DNA of 64,000 nucleotides from Somniosus microcephalus (taxonomy: Eukaryota). The DNA lies in contig CM126228.1 in assembly GCA_052327205.1 (NCBI GenBank), forward strand, positions 14,198,001 through 14,262,000. Direction: 5' to 3'. The position numbers and the translations under genes are program-made. The notes below the pieces were generated by a model, which was not told the DNA's origin, did no database searches, and was given only the letters and a program-made list of their open reading frames with translations. This document shows positions 1 to 12,955 of the stretch, piece after piece. Position 1 is the first letter of the stretch; each line of letters starts with the position of its first letter.

Positions 1-227
1 TGGAAATTTATCTCCACTCAACTGTTCCTTTATAAATGATCAGTTTACATTTAAAAAACTATTAGAACCAGCATTTTGTGTGGAAGAAATAATGTCGATG
101 TTGGAGGGTTTGTGTAGGAGATAAAGTCCAACTGCAGACTCTGAACAGAGGATTCCTGTGTAAATAATGTACGATTCAAGGGATGTCAAGTATGTTTTCT
201 TTCTCTTTCTCTTGCCTGCTGTCCTGA

Positions 228-685
228 AAAAAAGAAAGACTTATATTTATATAGCGCCTTTCACGACCACCGGACGTCTCAAAGCGCTTTACAGCTAATT
301 AAGTACTTTTGGAGTGTAATCACTGTTGTAATGTGGGAAACGCAGCAGCCAATTTGCGCACAGCAAGCTCCCGCAAACGGTAATGTGGTAATGACCAGAT
401 AATCTGTTTTGTTATGTTGATTGAAGGATAAATATTGGCCAGGACACCATCCCCTGCTCTTCTTCAAAACAGTGCCATAGAATCTTTTACGTCCACCTGA
501 GAGAGCAGATGGGGCCTTGGTTTAATGGCTCATATGAAAGATGGCACCTCTGAGTGCAGCACTCCCTCAGCACTGCACTGGAGCTTTAGCCTAGATTTAT
601 GTGCTCAAGTCCCTGGAGTGGGACTTGAACCCACAACCTTCATGAGCCAGAGGCAAGTGTGCTACCCACTGTGTCACAGCTGACA
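228..685 (-). mobile_element. tRNA-headed DeuSINE (SacSINE1-like), near full length
   Basis: Minus strand begins TGTCAGCTGTGACACAGTGGGTAGCAC...GGTTCAAGTCCCACTCC (A/B boxes), has the Deu-like core and ends ...GGCGCTATATAAATATAAGTCTTTCTTT; several homologous copies in the window. Confidence 0.85.
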
Positions 686-859
686 TTTGATGGGACATGG
701 GTCCACAGGTGTCAGCCATTTCAGGTTTCCATGCTTCAAGTGAAAATCTGGACAGTGAGTGTTGAAAAAGGTATTTGACCAATGCACCACCCAGTATAGA
801 ATTGAACCATTTAAAACAGGAAGTTCCCACATGCTGAGTTAGCTGATGGCAGTCAAAAT

Positions 860-1155
860 GGTATTGGTTTTTACAATGTCCCTGGGCCAGAGAAGAAAAC
901 ATAATCAGACAGGGCTTCTGTTCACTATTATAGACTCTTACTGGAAAGTGCATGTGCATGGACATCACACAAGGACATGGCTTAGCTTGATTGAGACTCC
1001 ACTCTCAAATAACTGACCAATATTCACCATCTAGGGCCACACATAAAAAATAGTCACTTGGGTGAGGTACCAGAGTTCAGCTGGTGCCCTCGATACAGAG
1101 GCCCACAATGAGTCGAGCCAACACTTTCAGGAGATGAGTGGAAAAAATGGGAAAG
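860..1155 (+). mobile_element. degenerate fragment of an unclassified shark SINE ('family B')
   Basis: Shares CTGGAAAGTGCATGTG...CTAGG.CACACAT.AAG/AAATAG..ACTTGGGTGAGGTACCAGAG with copies at ~15240-15430, 38400-38530 and 40240-40370. Confidence 0.55.
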
Positions 1156-2469
1156 CAGTTTGGAGTTACTCAGTGAAGGTCAATGAAGGTCCAACATGGA
1201 TTGAGTTACAGAGTTGGAGTGTTGATCAGACAGGCAGTGCACAAACTATTTTAAGCCACGCTCTGCATTTGACCTAGGCAGCCAGGCAATAGGATTTTCA
1301 TAACCTATAGCATTTGGTTATGTCTCTGCAATGAGTGATCTGTTGCTGTAATATATCTCTAGCCAAGCACTGACTGTATTACACATTCTCGTGTCTCCAA
1401 TGAAACAAGCCATTTTGTAAATTACAAATCTCTGAGCCTCCCAAAGCCACCCAACCTTGGAAATAACATAAATTAAACTGAAATGAAATTTAGACCTTTG
1501 GACATTTGGCTATTCATATCAGTGCAGTTGTACATCAAGCAAGAATTTATAGCCTAATGCATCAATGTACCATGGTTAACCCATTTCTAATCTGGCCTGT
1601 CTCGATTATCAGAATACCATTCACATCAGCTATTAGAAAGTGAACATTTTGAAAAACAAATCAAATCTAGACTTTCAATCACAGAGCCACTGAATTTCAA
1701 AAGTGTGAAACATTCATGCTGTCTCCATTTGAACTGTGAAAAACACCCCACAGTGCAATGAAGATGTCCTGCCAATCTTGTGTTGTCTGGAGAAAGCATT
1801 TTGGCCTGAATAACACTCGGGTGAAATACTGGTGGTTACGGATCTGTCACTAGTGGTGCCAGTGCAGAGATCAATTTGAGGTGGCAGTGGGGGAAACAAT
1901 TTGGCGTGTATCATACAGTAAAGTCTATCTGCTTAAGTGCAAATTTTCCTAAACTGTATTGGTGCCAGTGCACTGAATAAATCCAGTGACAATACTGAGA
2001 TGAATAATCTGAGTCAATCAATTGATTAAATCAAACAAGTCTCAATTGAATTTTGCCCTTTTCATCTGATAAATAAATTCATGCTCGTCTGTGCTGATAT
2101 TCACTCCTCCTACCCATTATTCTTTTCCTCCTCTTCACAGCTAACTATTCACACCAAAATAAAGGGACGAAAAGAATCGCAATTTCTTTAGGTGCAGTGT
2201 CCTGAAAAGGTGAAAGATGGATTTATTTTCTTTCTTTATCACTGGCCACTGTGTAAGAGTGTCCACCATTAATGCTTTATATTCCCATGGTGAAGCATCA
2301 CATATGGAGAACTGAATTTATGGGAGTTTGCGAGTGTGACCTGACCCCACATATCCTTACCACTCTGAATCAGAACTCCAACACACTTCCACCCATCTCT
2401 CCTCACAACTGCTCTCCACATGTTCAGCTGTAGTACCTATTGTGGGTACATGGCAATTGCCTTGCTTTT

Positions 2470-2580
2470 GATAAAGTTTCCTCTACACTGCCCAGCGAAA
2501 CACCAACAGGGCAGGTAAACTAAAAAGCAAAGCTCACTCTACTCTGCCCAAACCCCAATCTCAGAAGAGCACTCCCTGAT
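2470..2580 (-). repeat. LF-SINE-like 3' fragment
   Basis: AAAGTTTCCTCTACACTGCCC...CAGGGCAGGTA...AAAGCTCACTCTACTCTGCCC resembles the common shark LF-SINE-related motif; recognition only. Confidence 0.35.
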
Positions 2581-3529
2581 GAGCCAGTGCAAAATTTTCC
2601 ATCATAATCTCAGGACAATTTTAAGATTGTCAATTTGTGTTGAACTAGTGCAGTTTTGTTAAGTCTACGATTGGCTTGAGTTTATTTCAGGTTTGAAGAA
2701 TTAGCACGAGCAGAACCAAAATGGACTCAATGTTTGAACAGTGCTATAAATTCAATGACTAGATCAGGGATTGTATTGTGAGCTGGTGAGCGTTTATCGA
2801 GGGCTCACTGCAATGTAACATTGTAGTGCATTGCGTTGATTCTGCACATACCAGTTTACCTCAATGTGGCAATTGAGGTGTACACAAATCAAAAGAGCAT
2901 TTCGAAGCTTCAAGCTTTCTGCCAGACTTTACAGAAGGTTTGATTGGACCAGGGTTTGTTAAAAGTTTGTTATGACAGAGCTTTGTTGCAATGAGGTCCA
3001 AGTGTAGTGCAATTGCCTGAACAATACAACGTAGATAAAACAAGAAAAACATTCTTTGACAGCACATGCATTAAATCTTTGACTCCTAATTGTCCGTAGA
3101 TTACAAAATATATCCACAATACTTCACATTGGTATCAGGTAATTTTCCACAACTTTCAGCACTGTGTATTAAATCTGCAATAATTTGGAACTGCAGTAAA
3201 TCGTCACTAGGGCATCATCTGGAGGAATATGTTTGGTCTTAGTGCCTTGGGTTAGGGACGAATGGAAAACAAAACTAGTTGAACCCGATCCAGTTCTAAA
3301 ACAATAGCCACACACACATTTCCCACAGGAAGAATTAGACAGTGATCTAATGCATATAAGCCCAGCACACGAGAGATAACTCTTTGGAGTTAATCCATTA
3401 TTTAGGAATCGGAAAAGTAAAGTCCCATCTCAGTATTCATAGAGCAACACTGCTACAGTTCAGAAACTGGATCCCAGCAGCACTGTCTGCCTGATGCAGC
3501 ACTGCAAAATGCAGGGTATTTAAATTTGT

Positions 3530-3850
3530 GACGACAGGAAAGGCCATTCGGCTCAACAAGCCTATCCCATTTTCACAGGTCAACCCACTTTTTCATCATA
3601 TCCTATAATCCCTTCTCACTTCATAGAAATGAATCTGACTGTCTCTTGAGCCCAGTTATACCACTTGCATGAATGTCCTTCCCCATTAACCTATTCCATA
3701 ATTCACATACCCTTTGAGTGAAAAAAGTTGTGCCAGATTTCCCTTCTTACTCCTAAGTTCCTTCTGTTCAATTGTCAATTTGTGTCTCTTGGGGGCTGAA
3801 CACTTCCCCACAGTGAGCAATTTGCCTGAGTTGATCTTGTCAATCCCATA
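3530..3850 (-). mobile_element. old CR1 LINE 3' fragment
   Basis: AGGCCATTCGGCTCAAC and TTCCA...CCCTTTGAGTGAAAAAAG are reverse complements of the CR1 3' motifs seen at 7390-7620. Confidence 0.55.
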
Positions 3851-4568
3851 GGTTTGCTGAAAAAATGTAAAAACACAGATGCAGTGCGGCTGCCATTCTA
3901 AAGCACCTACCTCTTTCCTCCGCAGGCCTCAGTCTGCTGTCAGCAGCCTTGCATCCCCTCTCTCAGAGCCAGATTTTTCTCTTCTTTCCCCAGGCCTTGC
4001 TTCTGCCTCTTCCCTCTTTCCCTCCGTTCTGTATGGCTCTCTTTGTTATTTTTTTCCCCCAAGCTGCTCCAAGTTTGTTTTTAATTTTTGTTGTTCCAGG
4101 CCACTCCCATTAGTTCCCTAACCCTCTCCCCGCAGGCTAATCTCACTCGTGTGTTTTTTTTAAATCCACCTAGGCTGCTCCTGCTCGGGTTTTCTCTCCT
4201 GTGCTGTATGATAATACCCTGCTTTCATTCCCGATCCCATTTTCCCCAACTCTCTCTCCAAGTCCCTGCTCTGCCTCTCTCTTTCACACATTTCCTACAG
4301 TGATGAGCAAAAGATGTATTCAAGGCAACACCTACAAATAAACATCAAAAAAATGGGTTCATCTTCAAACTGGATTAGGCTTGAAGCTGAAAGAATGGTC
4401 AGGCAAGATAACATTACTTGTACCTCAATATGATGATTAATTTTGATTTGTGTGCATGGGTGAAAGTGCATGGGAAGGAACTCCGCTGAATATAATCCAT
4501 TGCAAGCTAAATATTATTTTCCTTAACCATTACTTGATTTTGCTTCTCAAAAGTAATACATTAGTTTG

Positions 4569-4666
4569 AAAATATGATCCACCACACATTTCACAGCAAG
4601 GACACTAGAAGATGGTCAAAATATGATCCACCACACATTTCACAGCAAGGACACTAGAAGATGGTC
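4569..4666. repeat. perfect 49-bp tandem duplication
   Basis: AAAATATGATCCACCACACATTTCACAGCAAGGACACTAGAAGATGGTC at 4569-4617 and 4618-4666. Confidence 0.97.
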
Positions 4667-5689
4667 AATCAGAAGATGATTGAAGTATACAGATGGGGTG
4701 GAGGGTACTAGAACCGTTAGTTAGGGGTAAGGGGGCAGGTAATAGTTTAGCATGATGCGCGGGGCATAGCTGTGTTACTCTAGAAAGTCCATGTGAGTAA
4801 TTGTCAACATCATCCAATACATTGAACACCTGGGTACTTGACAATAAGGCAATGTGATGCTAGCAACAAGGAAAGGAGGTTGTATTCTTTTGGGTGGTTA
4901 GAAGCCCTTTATCTAGTATGTACTGTAGTAATAATTTTGAACTGAAGTTAGATCAAGGAAATTGCTGATCCTGTCAACAACAATTAAAATTACCCATAAC
5001 AGTTTGAGTTTTTAACTAGATTTCCTTATAGTAATTAAAGTTCTTTTCAACAAAATTAGCTTAATTCAACCAACCAATAATTATTCAGGTGCCACTTTAA
5101 TCCTTACAAGAGTCTCAGGTGAACAAAATCTGTTTTCTGTTAACAATTCATGATGCTTGTGACTAAAATGAGTTTCCTGTTATCTCTTAGTGCTTGTAAG
5201 AGCTAAAGTGCTGGTGTATTGTCCCATAGTGAAGGCGAAATGGTGAGATGTTAGATTCTACTCTGAAAATTAGTCTGATCTGAGAGACTATCACAGTTTC
5301 AATGGCTTTCAAGCAGAATGCGAGCTTTTAACAGCACTATTACACCAATTCTAGAATGAAGTGTTTAAGCTTTGTCCAAATTCTGCAGGACCATTTAGTC
5401 AAGGTTGATGTGTCACATGAGCAAGCGTGAGCAAAGGAAAGCTTAAGAACTATTTTGCTTTTGAGCCTGAGGATTTTTCTCCAGCATTATTAGGTGTGCC
5501 CACCCATGCCAGGGCCCTGCTCACTTTCTAATGAGCCCTGCTGGAAATCACAAGTCTGACAAGGATAGGATCTGGATCAACTGCGATTCTCTCCATGATT
5601 GAATATCCTTCCAACACTGTTTAAGCTTTCATGGGAAGAATGGCCCCTTTAGTGCGGTGGCTGAAAGTGACTGATGCCTGTGAAATGTA

Positions 5690-7636
5690 AAACGTATTTT
5701 GTCTTCATAGTAGATGACGCAAAAAAAATACCAGAAATAGTGGGGAACCAAGGGTCTAATGAGAGTGAGGAACTTAAAGTAATTAATATTAGTAAAGAAA
5801 AAGTACTGGTGAAATTAATGGGACTAAAGGCTGACAAATCCCCTGGACCTGATGGCCTACATCCTAGGGTTCTGAAAGAGGTGGCTGCAGAGATACTGAT
5901 GCATTGGTTGTGATCTTCCAAAATTTCCTAGATTCTGGAATGGTCCGAGTGCATTGGAAGGTAGCAAATGTAATCCCGTTGTTGAAGAAAGGAGGGAGAG
6001 GGGAAACAGGGATCTACAGGCCAGTTAGCCTGACATTGGTCATCGGGAAAATGCTGGAATCCATTATTAAGGAAGTGGTAACAGGTCACTTAGAAAATCA
6101 TAATATGATTAGGCAGAGTCAGCATGGTTTTATGAAAAGGAAATTGTGTTTGACAAATCTATCAGAATTTTTTGAGGATGTAACTAACAGGGTAGATAAA
6201 GGGGAACCAGTGGATGTAGTATATTTGGATTTTCAAAAGGCATTCGGTAAGGTGCCACACAAAAGGTTGTTACACAAGATAAGGGCTCACGGGATTGGGG
6301 GTAATATATTAGCATGAATACAAGGTTGGCTAAGGTACGGAAAACAGAGGGTAGGACTAAACAGGTCCTTTTCAGATTGGCAGGCTTTACTAGTGGGGTG
6401 CCGCAAGGATCAGTGCTGGGGCCTCAACTATTTACAATCTATATTAATGATTTAGATGAAGGGGCCGAGTGTAATGTATCCAAGTTTAGAAGAATGCGAG
6501 GTGATCTCATTGAAATATATAACATTCTGAGAGGGCTTGACAAGGTAGATGCTGAGAGGCTGGAGAGTCTAGAGCTCGGGGGCATATGCCCGGAATTTGC
6601 AGTCGGGATGACAGTGAAGGCAGCGTTCGCCATCATTCCGCCTTTGAAACTGACCGCAACTTCGGGATTTGGCGGAAATCCTGAAGTTACGGTCAGTCAT
6701 TGACAGCTCCAACACAGGCTGTGCTGCACCACCCCGCACCCATCCCCCCCCCACCCCCACTCCCACAGAGCCAGCAATCTGTGTAATCAGCCAAATCATT
6801 GAAACTGATGAAAACTTTGGCTCTTCTACAGTAAGTACGCTGTTAAATTCCCCACTAAAAGTTAAACCCAAAGGGATTAGGTGTAACTGGTGTTTTGACA
6901 GCATTATTACTGTTGAACAAATGTTAAGGGCCTGGAAAACTAATTTTAATTTTGTGCAGTGTGAAATTTGTCCATTTTAATAAAAAAAATTAAGAAACGT
7001 TTCAAATTTTTTTTAAACCTTTTTTTTTACGTTTGTCCATCTTTATTTCAGGTTTGCCTTTTTCCCATGCAAAAATCCCAATCTTTGTTTTGCTCTCTCT
7101 AATATTTTTTAAAAGTTAGAATTTTAAGAGCTTACTCATTTTCTTGTTCGTTGACTGTGAGAATTCTGCATTTTGACTGGCTGCTTAGACAGCCTGCTGA
7201 CGTCACAGCAGTTCGCACTAGGGAATCCCCACTAACTTCTGTTGATTTGAATTGAATGTCGGAAAACCCAAAGTTCTTGACACAGGGATCGCGAGATCCT
7301 TGTGCGAAGCGTACTTCGTTTTGCTGCTGACCGCAAATTCCGGGCCAACGTCTCAGGATAAGGGGTCAGCCATTTAGGATTGAGATGAGAAATTTCTTCA
7401 CTCAGAGGGTTGTGAATCTTTGGAATTCTCTACCCCTTAGGGCTGTGGATGCTCAGTCGTTGAGTATATTCAAGGCTGAGATCGATCGATTTTTGTACTC
7501 TTAGGGGAATCAAGGGATATGGAGATTGGGTGGGAAAGTGGAGTTGAGGTCGAAAATCAGCCACCATCTTATTGAATGGCGGAGCAGGCTTGAGGGGCCG
7601 TATGGCCTACTCCTGCTCCTATTACTTATGTTCTTA
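5690..7636 (+). mobile_element. CR1/HER1 LINE, 5'-truncated RT pseudogene with internal deletion and nested MITE
   Basis: Frameshifted ORFs give KSPGPDGLHPRVLKE, WKVANVIPLLKKG, YRPVSLT, SQHGFMK, VYLDFQKAF, SGVPQGSVLGPQLFTIYIND; typical 3' end GAATGGCGGAGCAGGC...CCTACTCCTGCTCC...TTATGTTCTTA. Confidence 0.95.
6587..7346. mobile_element. non-autonomous DNA transposon (PIF/Harbinger-like MITE) inserted in CR1
   Basis: TIRs TGCCCGGAATTTGCAGTC / revcomp GGCCCGGAATTTGCGGTC (16/18); splits the CR1 sequence GGGGCATA|GTCTCAGG that is contiguous at ~18690-18708. Confidence 0.85.
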
Positions 7637-9017
7637 TTACCATGAGGAGGAGAGAAAAACAGAATGCATTACAAAAGGAAATTACTGTATAGTATTTTGG
7701 GATATCAGCTCACTGAAAATTTCAGCACATTGAAGGTTTCAACACAAAGCCAAGGCTCCCTATGTAGAGTGTGAAACTGCAGTGTTCCTATCAACTGATT
7801 TCCTAATCATCTCAGCAATTCGCACTTAAGAGCGCTATGCTGCATTGCAGAAAGCCAACAAATGTGTAAAACAATGTTTTGCATTTGCAATAAGAAAGCA
7901 GTTAGTTTTAGATGTTTCATGTACATCACTTAGACTCCAGGAGAGAAGAACAACGAACACAATCATCCATATTTTTCCAAAGAGAGATCAAGTGGTATCA
8001 ACCTCATCCAACACTCAAAGAAAACGACACCTCATTAATAGGACAGGCTTCCATTGTAATCGGATGTCTTGAAAAAAATTATAAATGCAAAAAGGAGATG
8101 ACATTCAAGTGTAGCAGGCTGGGTATGTATATGTTCCAGCGCCCGACTGCCAAACTAACTAAAATCCTTCAGCTCAGCCCCATGCATACTTAATGCGTCA
8201 CACTCATTTGATATATACATATCAACGTGTTGATGAAGAACTTCACCAGCCAGGGCAGATGTCACTACTCCCCTCCTGGGCAATACTTCACCCCTCTCAT
8301 CAGTACTTGCCAATTGATCATTGGATCCCTCTCTTCTCTCTAGTCTTCAACTCCTCACAAACGTTTGGCTCTATTCTATCAATGCTACTTTGGTCACTGA
8401 TCCTCTGAAATGAGCTGAAGACTCTTCCCATTATCTCCTAATTTGAATTCATTCCTTCCCAGGACCTCAAAACTGTGAAATTCCTTACCCCCCTCAGTAT
8501 TTCCTTCCTCAAGCTTTCTGTCACCTGATCACCACTGCCTGATTTGGCTCATATTCTCTCATACTTTATTTAGTCTTGGTGTAGTCCTGCACTGTGGGCC
8601 TTGGCCCTTCACCTGAGTTTCTCTATAATGAAAATCCAATTATTAATACGATTCAATATCAATTTGTCACAATTATTTTTAAAGCAATTATCTTACTCTC
8701 TGAAATTTTAATGTGCTGTCTCCATTTTCATTTCCTAATTTTACAATAATATTAAAGGTTTCTGTTCTACATTTAATAGCAGAGCTACAGAAATCCACCA
8801 TTACTTTTACAGAGGGACCAGTAAAATGATATTGCAGCAATCAAACTTAATTTACAGAAAAGTCATGGAATTTCATCTGAGGCCCAGTACTTCCTAACAA
8901 GACTTGTTGTGTAAATTGACCTTGACAGTCTAACTTACAGTTTCAGCAAGCTGCGAAAATGGAACAGGCATTCAAATGATTTGTTTTCAAATGGGTTTGT
9001 AATAAACTAGAAACATT

Positions 9018-9998
9018 GGGCTGGAATTTCCTGTGTATTTGCACCCAGTGCACATGTGCTATTGTGCAAATACCCAGCATAAAAGATTGGGGAAACTCGG
9101 GTGCAAGTATGTTATGCAAATAATTATGCTACGCCCGAACTTCCTCATTCTTTTACACCCCACTGTAGATCCCTGCCCCCAAACGCATCTTGGTTCCTTA
9201 AAATGGCTCCACCCCCCAGAGCTGTATGTGTGAATTACACTGGTTCAAAATGGGCGTAAAATTAAGCCCAGAATTTGAGGTACAGCAGGTAAGAAAGTCA
9301 TTTTTCTGGTGTTTTATTGCTTTGAGAGCGTCCCGTCTGCCCTCTCAGGTGGACGTAAAAGATCCCATGGCACTATTTTGAAGAAGAGCAGGGGAGTTAT
9401 CCCCGGTGTCCTGGACAATATTTATCCCTCAATCAACATAACAAAAATAAGCAGATTATCTGGTCATTATCACATTGCTGTTTGTGGGAGCCTGCTGTGC
9501 GCAAATTGGCTGCCGCGTTTCCCACATTACAACAGTGACTACATTCCAAAGAAGTACTTAATTGGCTGTAAAGCACTTTGAGACGTCCGATGGTCATGAA
9601 AGGCGCTATATAAATGCAAGTCTTTCTTTCTTTTGAAAGATTTTTTCTTATTATCATATTTTCTGTTTCTTTCAATGCATTTTGATGTCATCAGTATAAG
9701 TCACATTGAAAATTAAGAAGCTTCCACAATTGCATGTTCTTAAACAGGCTGTGCCTAATGTGCATCAATGATAGTTAGATGGCTTGAAACTTTAATTTTC
9801 ATACTTTAAAAAGGTGCAAGTTCGGAACTTTCCTGGGGGCACGATATTTACGCTGATTTTCGCTCGTTTATGCCCATTTTTACATTCCGACATATGTTAA
9901 TGAGATTGGCGGGAAATTTGGGTGTAAATAGGCATCAGCAGAATGGGCGGAATTTCAGATGCAACTTCCGGGTTACGTCCCCGCAGGAAATACGGGCC
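9018..9998. mobile_element. Harbinger-like MITE with nested SINE
   Basis: Ends GGGCTGGAATTTCCTG / revcomp GGCCCGTATTTCCTG; perfect 3-bp TSD ATT (9015-9017, 9999-10001). Confidence 0.8.
9327..9634 (+). mobile_element. DeuSINE (SacSINE1-like), 5'-truncated, nested in MITE
   Basis: Reverse complement of 230-520; tail AGGCGCTATATAAATGCAAGTCTTTCTTTC. Confidence 0.9.
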
Positions 9999-10394
9999 AT
10001 TGTTCGCTAAAAAAACTTTCACAGGTAAGTTTGTAGTCTATTCCAGTCAAGGAACATGACAAGCAGCTCCTGTGACACCAGGTTTAACGCAGCAAGTGGG
10101 ATCTTTGTACACTTCACATACATCCTCAAAGGACACGCATTAAAATCAGTATAAGCAGAGTTATAAAATTATTTCAAACATTAACAATTCTTTATTATAA
10201 AGCAAGGAGCTTATATCTGGTCATCTCCTTCAATGTTTCATCACCTGGAGGCACTAACTCATACAGCTCATTCGTAACTCACACAAGTGACTATTCTTCA
10301 TGGAGAAGTCTAGACTATAAAACTGTTTGTTCATGGGAATTATCATGGTACAGCCTGACTTTGCTTTCATTTGGCAAGTATTAAGTGCCAATAT

Positions 10395-10770
10395 GACACT
10401 CAGTTCAAAAGCTAATCGATTGTGGGTGCAAGTCCCGCTTCAGGACTTGAGCCCGTAATCTAGCCTGACACTTCAGTGCAGTACTGAGGAAGTGCTACAT
10501 TGCTGGAGCCGCTGTCTGTAAGATAAGTGGAACATAAAAGACCCCATGACACACTTTGAAGGAGAGCAAGGAGCTCTTCTGATGTCCTGGCCAAAATTCC
10601 TTCTCAACCTACACCACTAAAAATAGATTAACTGGTTGATCATCTCATTTGCTGCTTGTGGGATCTTACTGTGCACAAATTGGCTGTCACATTTGTCTGC
10701 ATAACATGGCCTACATTACAAACATAATTCATTGGACAAGATCTCTTGAGGAAGTGCTATATAAATACTT
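10395..10770 (+). mobile_element. degenerate DeuSINE
   Basis: GGGTGCAAGTCCC...GGACTTGAGC...TCTAGCCTGACACTTCAGTGCAGTACTGAGG head and GCTATATAAATAC tail. Confidence 0.75.
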
Positions 10771-10771
10771 T

Positions 10772-11395
10772 GGGGGCGAAATTCCCCTCATTTACGCCTT
10801 CGGTGGGAGGTGCTAATGGGGCGCAAATGGTTTTTCGTCCCCTCCACCCCCGAGGCAATAACCGTCCCTCATGCCCGCAGCAGCGCCAGGTGATGTTACC
10901 GACTGCTGCAAGGGTCACGAACTGCAGGCCATCCACTCGCGGGGCACCATTTAAAGGCATGGTGGCTGGCCGACATGAAAAGAATTGCCGATTAAAAAAA
11001 AAAATTCTGAGCAGCGGGCGTGGGCTGAGTGCCATGAGCGGTCAGCCTGGCACTCAGCTTAAGTGCAGGGCTGATCGCGCGGCACTCCCGCACCCCGGAG
11101 CTGCAGCAGATGCCAAAAAAAATACAGAGCTTGCAGCAGGGAGCCCTTCCCTTTAATTGAGGGAAGAGCCCCTGCAACGCGGCAGCGCCGTGCGTGGACA
11201 TCGCCCCGGACTGGGACATTCCCTGCCTCTTGCACTCCAAGAGGCAAGGGGCGCACTTGATTTAGCGCTCCCCTTCGCTCTTGGAGCAAAAAATGGGAAT
11301 TTCTAAAATATTTGAAAAGGTTAGCGCCTGGCACTAACTTTTCAAACATTTTTGACTTAGCATCTCAAATGGCCCTCTAGGGGAATTTCTCCCCC
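10772..11395. mobile_element. Harbinger-like GC-rich MITE
   Basis: TIRs GGGGGCGAAATTCCCCT / revcomp GGGGGAGAAATTCCCCT (16/17); internal similarity to 17202-17861. Confidence 0.85.
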
Positions 11396-11614
11396 GTTAT
11401 TTCTTGGTGACCACATATGAACACTACCAAAAGTTATACCTGAATAATGATCATGAGCAGGAACACAGCTGATTTTTCCCTCCCTAACGTATGGGCACTG
11501 AGGACAATTGTGGAGCTCTTCCTGCCACTCCAACTGAAATCAGTAAAGACCAGGAATGGAATTTGGCATCCTTTGGCCTCTATTGCTTAGTACCACAACT
11601 TCAGCAAGCTCTTC

Positions 11615-12030
11615 CTCCTACATTAGCTCCCAGTTTACCAACGGTTCAATTTTAAAATTCTCATCCTTGTGTTCAAATCCCTCCATGGACTATCTCCTCC
11701 CTATTTCTGTAACCTCCTCCAGCCCTACAACACTCTGAGAACTCTGCGTTCTTCAATTCTGGCCTCACGTGCATAGCCAACTTCCTTTGCCTCATCATTG
11801 GCGGCCGTGCCGTCAGCTGTCTAGGCCCTAAGCTCTGGACTTCCCTTCCTAAACCTCTCCAGCCCTCTTTCCTCCTGTAAGACGCTCTTTAAAACCTATT
11901 TCTTTGACCAAGCTTTTGGTCACCTGTCCGAAAGTCTCCTTCTTTGGCTCAGTGTCAATTTTTTTTGTATGATTACACACCTGTAAAGCAACTTGGGATA
12001 TTCTACTACATTAAAGGCATTCTGTATAGG
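11615..12030 (+). mobile_element. L2 LINE 3' end
   Basis: FKILILVFKSLHG-like tail TTTAAAATTCTCATCCTTGTGTTCAAATCCCTCCATGG, CATTGGCGGCCGTGCC, CAAGCTTTTGGTCACCTGTCC; homologous to 21480-21850. Confidence 0.85.
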
Positions 12031-12134
12031 TAGAAAATCCTCTCCAAAGCCTCTTCTTTTGCTTTGTAAAGATTTTAGCAGACATCCAGTTGACTTACTT
12101 TCAGTCTGTCAGGAAGTACTTCACCTGCTTCATT

Positions 12135-12955
12135 ACCTCCTCTGGATCTTGCTGACAAATTCAGGGGGAGGGAGGTCAAAGGGACCAAGTGATACTTAAC
12201 ATAACAGCCACCAGATGGCTTATGACCGAGGCTCTATCCCTGTAGGAATGCACTCGGAGCAGTCCTGTCCAACGTCTGGGATAAGCAATGACTTTTGTCT
12301 CCAGCTCAGGCTCCGGTAGACTCCCAGATATAACGGGTTGAGTGGCACTGCAGCTGAAAGTGGAGTGGAGTTCCTCCACAGGCAGTCTACCTGCCACTGA
12401 CCTGCTAATAGTCCAGAGCATTTAGCGCAATTAATCAGAGTTCACCAGGAGGCACTCGTGTTATCTTCCGCAGGTCAGCGGAATCCTTTGCCGTGAGGAG
12501 CACGTACTCGACGTAAGCCGAAAGGACAGTCTCCATGCTTGGCTCACGCACAGCCAATCCCGGCAGCCTCTGACGCAAGAGGTGCAAGAAAGATTCTATG
12601 CAGATGGAGTATAGTCGGGGCATCCCTAATGTAATCCTCTCCCAAAGCGAAAGAGGACCATCAAAGATCTGCAATCTTAATTAGACACCCTGCCACATCA
12701 TCGGGAAGTCAGATCTGGGCAGCAAAATGCATCCCGAACCTGAAGGCCCACAGAGTTCCGAACAAATATTCATGATCCACCCTGTTAAACACCATCTCCT
12801 GATCTCCTGGGAAGGGAAGACGCTTGACAGATCAGTCCTCTGGGAAAAGTGGATCAGGTCCCAGACAGGATGGATGATATTGTGGATTGGGCGGCCTGGA
12901 ACTGTGTCGGACTGGTCAGGATTCATGGGCCAGCATGGTGCTAAGGTGACCACCT
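12135..12955 (-). pseudogene. Tx1-clade (L1 group) non-LTR retrotransposon RT fragment
   Basis: Minus-strand frames give PDQSDTVPGRPIHNIIHPVWDLIHFSQRTDLSSVF, LYSICIESFLHLLRQRLPGLAVREPSMETVLSAY(VEY)VLL, INCAKCSGLLAG, YLGVY, DRASVISHLVA, PPPEFVSKIQRR; collinear with Tx1 ORF2 RT as I recall it; frameshifted, YADD destroyed. Confidence 0.85.

Noticed and set aside
10746-11349. Overlapping GC-rich ORFs or CpG-island promoter (also 17288-17921)
   Set aside because: Contained within TIR-bounded MITEs; ORFs on all frames reflect GC content.
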